Source: Angustibacter luteus (GTDB lineage Bacteria > Actinomycetota > Actinomycetes > Actinomycetales > Angustibacteraceae). From it: a stretch of 64,000 bases of DNA. The notes beneath the pieces were generated by a model, which saw only the letters and a list, made by a program, of their open reading frames with translations, ran no database searches and was not told the DNA's origin. The position numbers were made by a program, and so were the translations under genes. Location: contig NZ_BAABFP010000002.1 in assembly GCF_039541115.1 (NCBI RefSeq), positions 248,001 to 312,000 of the forward strand. The letters are read 5' to 3'. Below are positions 59,682 to 64,000 of the stretch, in pieces (within the stretch, counting starts at the first letter, position 1; the number at the start of each line of letters is the position of its first letter).

Positions 59682-60283
59682 CAGGACTCCTGCTCGGTGG
59701 CCGCGTCGGCGCCGGTCACGGCCGACACCGGCTCGATGTCACCGGCCTCGAGCTCGGCGAGGAAGCGCTCGACGGTGCGACGCTGACGCGCCTCGTCCTC
59801 GAGCGACTCGCCCACCACGCGGGACGCGAGCTCGGTGGCCAGCGTGCCCACCTCGGCGCGCAGCGAGATGACCGCCTGCTGACGCTCGGCCGCGATCTGG
59901 GCCTTCGCGGACGTGGTGATCCGCTCAGACTCGGCCTGCGCCTGCGCCTTGAGCTCGGCCAGGATCTGCGCGCCCTCGGCACGGGCCTCCTCGCGGATGC
60001 TGCTCGCCTCGGCGCGCGACTCGGCGAGCTGCGCCTTGTACTGCTCCAGCAGCTCGGCCGCCTCGGCGTTCGCCTTGTCAGCCTCCTCGATCTGGCCCTC
60101 GATCGCGGCGGCGCGCTCGGTGTACATGGCTTCGAGGCGCGGCACGACCTTCTTGGCCACCACGAGGTACAGGATGACGAAGGCGATGATGCCGAAGATC
60201 AGCTCGCCGGGATGGGGGATGATCGGGTAGGCGTTCGCCCAGCCGCCCTCTTCCTCGGCCGCAAGGATCGTTGCGAGGTGCAC
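59681..60283 (-). CDS. atpF: ATP synthase b subunit
   Basis: N-terminal TM helix, ERAAAIEG, coiled coil, position in operon. Confidence 0.95.
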   Translation of the reverse strand: MHLATILAAEEEGGWANAYPIIPHPGELIFGIIAFVILYLVVAKKVVPRLEAMYTERAAAIEGQIEEADKANAEAAELLEQYKAQLAESRAEASSIREEARAEGAQILAELKAQAQAESERITTSAKAQIAAERQQAVISLRAEVGTLATELASRVVGESLEDEARQRRTVERFLAELEAGDIEPVSAVTGADAATEQES

Positions 60284-60312
60284 GGTGTCTCCTCAGGGAG
60301 TCAGAGGTCGGG

Positions 60313-60528
60313 TCAGCCCTTGAAGACGAACGCGAGCGCGAGACCGAAGATGGCCAGCGCCTCTGCGAGCGCGAAGCCCAGGAAGGCGATCGGCTGGAGC
60401 ATGCCACGGGCCTCGGGCTGACGCGCGACGCCGTTGATGTAGGCCGCGAACACCAGACCAACACCGATACCGGGGCCGATGGCGGACAGGCCGTAGCCGA
60501 GGATCGCGATGTCGCCGGTCAGTTCCAT
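60313..60528 (-). CDS. atpE: ATP synthase c subunit (H+-type)
   Basis: GPGIGVG, ARQPE, ALAEALA; no Q...E-S/T Na+ signature. Confidence 0.96.
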   Translation of the reverse strand: MELTGDIAILGYGLSAIGPGIGVGLVFAAYINGVARQPEARGMLQPIAFLGFALAEALAIFGLALAFVFKG

Positions 60529-60599
60529 GTGATTCTCTTTCTCGCTGTCCCTCGGGCCGGGTGCCCGCGGGTGGGGTCGGACGTGGTTTGTGGCGGCCG

Positions 60600-61388
60600 T
60601 CAGTGCTCGTCGGCGAGGGCGCCGGCGATGTAGATGGCTGTCAGCAGGGTGAAGATGTAGGCCTGCAGGACCTGGACCAGGATCTCGAACACCGTCATCA
60701 CGAAGCCCATGCCCAGCGACCCGATGCCGGCGATCTTGATGCCGAGCGCACCGTGCTGGATCATGTACTCGCCGCCGCCGATGAAGAGCACCAGCAGCAG
60801 GTGCCCGGCGAACATGTTGCCGAACAGTCGCAGGGCGAGCGTGACGGGCCGGGTGAACAGGTCCGTGATGAGCTCGAGGATGAAGATGTAGGGGATCAGC
60901 GCGACCGGCAGGCCGGGCGGCACCAAGGACTTCCAGTAGCCGAAGAAGCCGTGCTTGCGGATGCCGATCCAGTGGTAGACGACGAAGACGAAGACGGCCA
61001 GGGCCGCCGGGAAGGCGACCCGGCTCATCGTCGGGAACTGGATGAACGGCACGACGCTGAAGACGTTGTTCACGATGATCAGGCAGAACAGCGTGAACAG
61101 CATCGGCACGAACCGCAGGAACTCCTTGCTCCCGATGATGTCGCGGCCGACGCCGTCCCGGACCAGCCCGTAGGTGACCTCGGTCGCCGCCTGCTTGCGG
61201 TTGGGCACCACTGCCATGCGCTTGGTGCCGGCCAGCAGCAGCCAGCTGATGAGTGCCACCGAGAGGATGATCACGATGGACGCGCGGGTGATGGCGAAGG
61301 CGCCCTCGCCGATCAGCGGCTGCCAGAAGTCGGGGACCCCGGGCGGCTCGTAGGTCGAGCCCTCGGTGGCCAGCGCCACGATGCTCAC
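60600..61388 (-). CDS. atpB: ATP synthase a subunit
   Basis: [26 protein letters not shown]. Confidence 0.97.
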   Translation of the reverse strand: MSIVALATEGSTYEPPGVPDFWQPLIGEGAFAITRASIVIILSVALISWLLLAGTKRMAVVPNRKQAATEVTYGLVRDGVGRDIIGSKEFLRFVPMLFTLFCLIIVNNVFSVVPFIQFPTMSRVAFPAALAVFVFVVYHWIGIRKHGFFGYWKSLVPPGLPVALIPYIFILELITDLFTRPVTLALRLFGNMFAGHLLLVLFIGGGEYMIQHGALGIKIAGIGSLGMGFVMTVFEILVQVLQAYIFTLLTAIYIAGALADEH

Positions 61389-61488
61389 GGCTTCTCCTCA
61401 ACAGCTGGGGACGTCGTCAAAGAACAAGGACCACAGTCGATTCCGTTGCACGGGCGCAGAGCAGCGCCTCGTCGCAATGCGCTCGGGG

Positions 61489-61737
61489 TCAGTGCGTACC
61501 GTACCGGAACCAGATCAGGTAGAGCGACAGCCCCATCCCGCCCACGATCCCGACCGGCAGCAGGAACTCGGTTCCGAACCAGCCGTCCAGCAGCCAGCCC
61601 AGCCCGCCGTACACCAGCGGACCGCTCAACAGGTACGCGAACGCCCGCCAGGCCTGGTGCGCCTCGAGTCCCGGCACCTCGTCGGGATCCCCGGCAGGGG
61701 TCGGAGGCGGGGGTTGCGAGGGCATCAGGGGCTCCAC
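61489..61737 (-). CDS. AtpZ/AtpI family small membrane protein (start may be 61725)
   Basis: YLLSGPLVYGGLGWLLDGWFGT. Confidence 0.88.
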   Translation of the reverse strand: MEPLMPSQPPPPTPAGDPDEVPGLEAHQAWRAFAYLLSGPLVYGGLGWLLDGWFGTEFLLPVGIVGGMGLSLYLIWFRYGTH

Positions 61738-61749
61738 GGTAGCAACGGG

Positions 61750-62274
61750 TCATCGGGGTTCCTCCGCGTCGGCGCCGGGCGCGACCAGGATGCGCAGGCG
61801 GGTGAACGCGCGCATCTCGAAGGCGATCCAGACGACCGTGCACGCGATGATCGCCAGCGCCAGCGCCTGACCGTCCAGCCAGCTCGCGTCGCGCAGGACG
61901 ATCATCACGACACCGAGGGCGAGGATCTTGCCGGTGTACGTCGCGAGCACCACGGACATCACCGCGACCGGCTGCAGGTGCGCGGTCTGGCGCATCACCA
62001 GCAGGCTGAGCGAGAAGAACACCACGACGAGGGCGGCGCCCAGCGCGGCCGACCAGGCGGCCTTGCTGCCGCCGAGGATCCCGGCGAGGACGACGGCCCC
62101 GACCCCCGTCACGAGGGTCGGCACGAGCGCGGTGCGAAGCATCGCGGCGAACTGGGCACGGGTCTGCGCAGCCTCCGCCTCGGAGACCTCAGGAATGCGG
62201 GCGCCCTCGTCCACGGGACGAGCATCCTCGGTTACGAGGCTCGTGGCGAGTGGACGGTCGTCCTTGGCCATCAC
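61750..62274 (-). CDS. AtpI-like four-TM membrane protein
   Basis: Four hydrophobic helices, TYTGKI, first gene of the atp locus. Confidence 0.8.
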   Translation of the reverse strand: MMAKDDRPLATSLVTEDARPVDEGARIPEVSEAEAAQTRAQFAAMLRTALVPTLVTGVGAVVLAGILGGSKAAWSAALGAALVVVFFSLSLLVMRQTAHLQPVAVMSVVLATYTGKILALGVVMIVLRDASWLDGQALALAIIACTVVWIAFEMRAFTRLRILVAPGADAEEPR

Positions 62275-62338
62275 GGGGGCCTGCCTTTCGGCGGCTCGAG
62301 GGGTGGTCGTCGGGCAGAAGCTGGGGCGTTGCCGTGCT

Positions 62339-62360
62339 GCTTGTGAATGCTATCACAAGC
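62339..62360. promoter_or_regulatory. Rex-type operator over the atp promoter -10 (TAGCAT)
   Basis: GCTTGTGA-ATGCTA-TCACAAGC, perfect 8-bp arms. Confidence 0.7.
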
Positions 62361-62426
62361 GTCTTCACACGTTGTTCACACGGGGGCGGGCGCTGGGACC
62401 CCGCGCCCGCCCGCGTGCTGACGGCC

Positions 62427-62813
62427 TCAGCGGATGGTGACCCAACCACCTTCCTGGGAGGCCAGGGTGGACTTCAGCAGCTCCTCCACGCGGATCCCGG
62501 AGGTGGTGCTCGCCGTGCTGAACGTGAACGGCACGCTGGTGTTGTTCCCGTTCTTGTTGTCCACGACGAGCGCGCAGCAGTCCTTCTTGAAGTGGACGTA
62601 CAACCGCACCCACTTGTTGTCGCCCGCGGTGTCGTAGAGCCGCCCGGTCACGTACAGCCGACCGCCGCTCACGTACCAGGTGCCGCTCGCCTGCACCCCG
62701 GTCAGACCACTACTGCTCCACGACGTCGACGCCGCCTGTGCGCCGCTGGGGGCTACCAGCAACGTCGTGGCTGCCAGCCCGACCGTCGCCAACCCCATGA
62801 CTGCCTTGCGCAT
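62427..62813 (-). CDS. Small secreted protein of unknown function
   Basis: GGGAGG RBS, start MRKAVM, signal peptide ending AQA-A. Confidence 0.75.
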   Translation of the reverse strand: MRKAVMGLATVGLAATTLLVAPSGAQAASTSWSSSGLTGVQASGTWYVSGGRLYVTGRLYDTAGDNKWVRLYVHFKKDCCALVVDNKNGNNTSVPFTFSTASTTSGIRVEELLKSTLASQEGGWVTIR

Positions 62814-62897
62814 GTGCACCTCCCGTTCCGCCCGGCACCGTTGCCGGGTCGGGCGCACACGCTAGGGGAACATTGGGGACGAAAGGGACCTTTTCGA

Positions 62898-64000
62898 CTA
62901 ATTCGACGTGTCCGATTCCGCGGACTGGCGCACGGCGCTGAGGCGCCGGCTGACCGGCCCCGAGATCGTCATCGCGACCGCCACCAGGAAGAGCGCCACG
63001 ATCACCACGACCGCCCAGTGCAGCGGCAGCAGCGCCAACGCGGCCATGCCGAACGCCACCAGCGCGGCCCACAGGTAGAGCGAGAGCACCGCCCCCGCGT
63101 GCGAGTGGCCGAGGGCCAGCATCTGGTGGTGCAGGTGCTGGGCGTCCGGTTGCCACGGCAGGCGGCCGGCCCTCGTGCGTCGCACGATCGCCAGGACGAG
63201 GTCGAGCAGCGGCACCACGAGCACCGCGATGGGCATCAGCAACGGGAACAGGTAGAGCAGCTCCGGCGGCAGGTCCCCCGCGCTGAGCGCCGCCGGGTCG
63301 ATGTTGCCGGTCAGCGAGATCGTCGCGGCCGACAGCAGCAGCCCGAGCAGCATGGCCCCGGTGTCGCCCATGAAGATCTTCGCCGGGTTGAAGTTGAACG
63401 GCAGGAAGCCCAGGCAGCACCCGATCAGCACCGCGGCGATCAGCGAGGCGACCGAGAAGACGTTGGTCGCGTAGTCCTTCGAGATCGAGTACGCGTAGGC
63501 GAAGAACCCGATCGCCGCGATGCAGGTGATGCCCGCCGCCAGCCCGTCCAGGCCGTCCACGAAGTTCACCGCGTTCATCGTGGTCACCACGACCAGCACC
63601 GTGATCGCGACCAGGGCGGTCGTCGGCAGGTACGTCACCCCGAAGACGGGCAGCGACAGCATCTGCACGCCCTGAAACGCCATCACCCCGGCTGCCAGCA
63701 GCTGGCCGGCGAACTTCGTCCACGCCTCCAGACCCCAGATGTCGTCGGCGATGCCCAGCGCGACGACGAGCGTGGCGCCCAGCAGGACCGCCTGCAGGTC
63801 GCTGTTGTCCTGCGTCACGGTGTGCAGGAACGGCAGGTGGCTGGCCACCAGCAGCGCGACGACGAAGCCGGCGAAGATCGCCAGCCCACCCAGGCGCGGC
63901 ATCGGCACCGCGTGCACGTCCCGGTCCCGGACGGCGGTCACCCAGCCCCGCCGGACGGCCAGCGTCCGCACGACCGGGGTCAGCACGTACGTCACGGCGG
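62898..64000 (-). CDS. MraY/WecA family polyprenyl-phosphate GlcNAc-1-P transferase (5' end beyond window)
   Basis: RDVH, PRLGG, GIADD, NAVNFVDGLDGLA, FNFNPAKIFMGDTG, HLHH. Confidence 0.93.
   Translation of the reverse strand, partial: AVTYVLTPVVRTLAVRRGWVTAVRDRDVHAVPMPRLGGLAIFAGFVVALLVASHLPFLHTVTQDNSDLQAVLLGATLVVALGIADDIWGLEAWTKFAGQLLAAGVMAFQGVQMLSLPVFGVTYLPTTALVAITVLVVVTTMNAVNFVDGLDGLAAGITCIAAIGFFAYAYSISKDYATNVFSVASLIAAVLIGCCLGFLPFNFNPAKIFMGDTGAMLLGLLLSAATISLTGNIDPAALSAGDLPPELLYLFPLLMPIAVLVVPLLDLVLAIVRRTRAGRLPWQPDAQHLHHQMLALGHSHAGAVLSLYLWAALVAFGMAALALLPLHWAVVVIVALFLVAVAMTISGPVSRRLSAVRQSAESDTSN

Noticed and set aside
61389..61488. Structured RNA in the atpZ-atpB spacer
   Set aside because: Only short possible pairings; cannot be supported without comparative alignment.

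Overview
High-GC actinobacterial chromosome segment, mostly conserved core genome, running from glgB/pgm to the F1Fo ATP synthase operon and a wecA/rfe-like gene. It holds a dispersed set of B12-dependent short-chain acyl-CoA genes (icmA-type mutase, meaB, thiolase, mce, ccr, meaA/ecm, two 3-hydroxyacyl-CoA dehydrogenases, PduO-type adenosyltransferase), nucS, two MurA paralogs, three ABC systems and a small accessory block at about 34.5-43 kb. I saw no rRNA, tRNA, CRISPR array, transposase or integrase. I cannot support a wholly new multi-gene system. The most unusual signals are non-coding or architectural: (1) four kinds of intergenic palindromic/REP- or MITE-like elements, one of which always follows a stop codon in the same orientation behind a C-rich tract; (2) an ATP synthase operon broken between atpD and a short atpC by a hairpin, a repeat and a HIT-like gene; (3) an XRE-HTH-MurA fusion with a perfect 18-bp palindrome over its own leaderless promoter; (4) a shared candidate operator on ccr and meaA; (5) pervasive leaderless promoters, including a symmetric bidirectional one between murA and pduO; (6) a tandem pair of paralogous four-cysteine secreted proteins. 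All calls come from reading motifs by eye, with no database searches, and several start codons were re-assigned from the ORF track.
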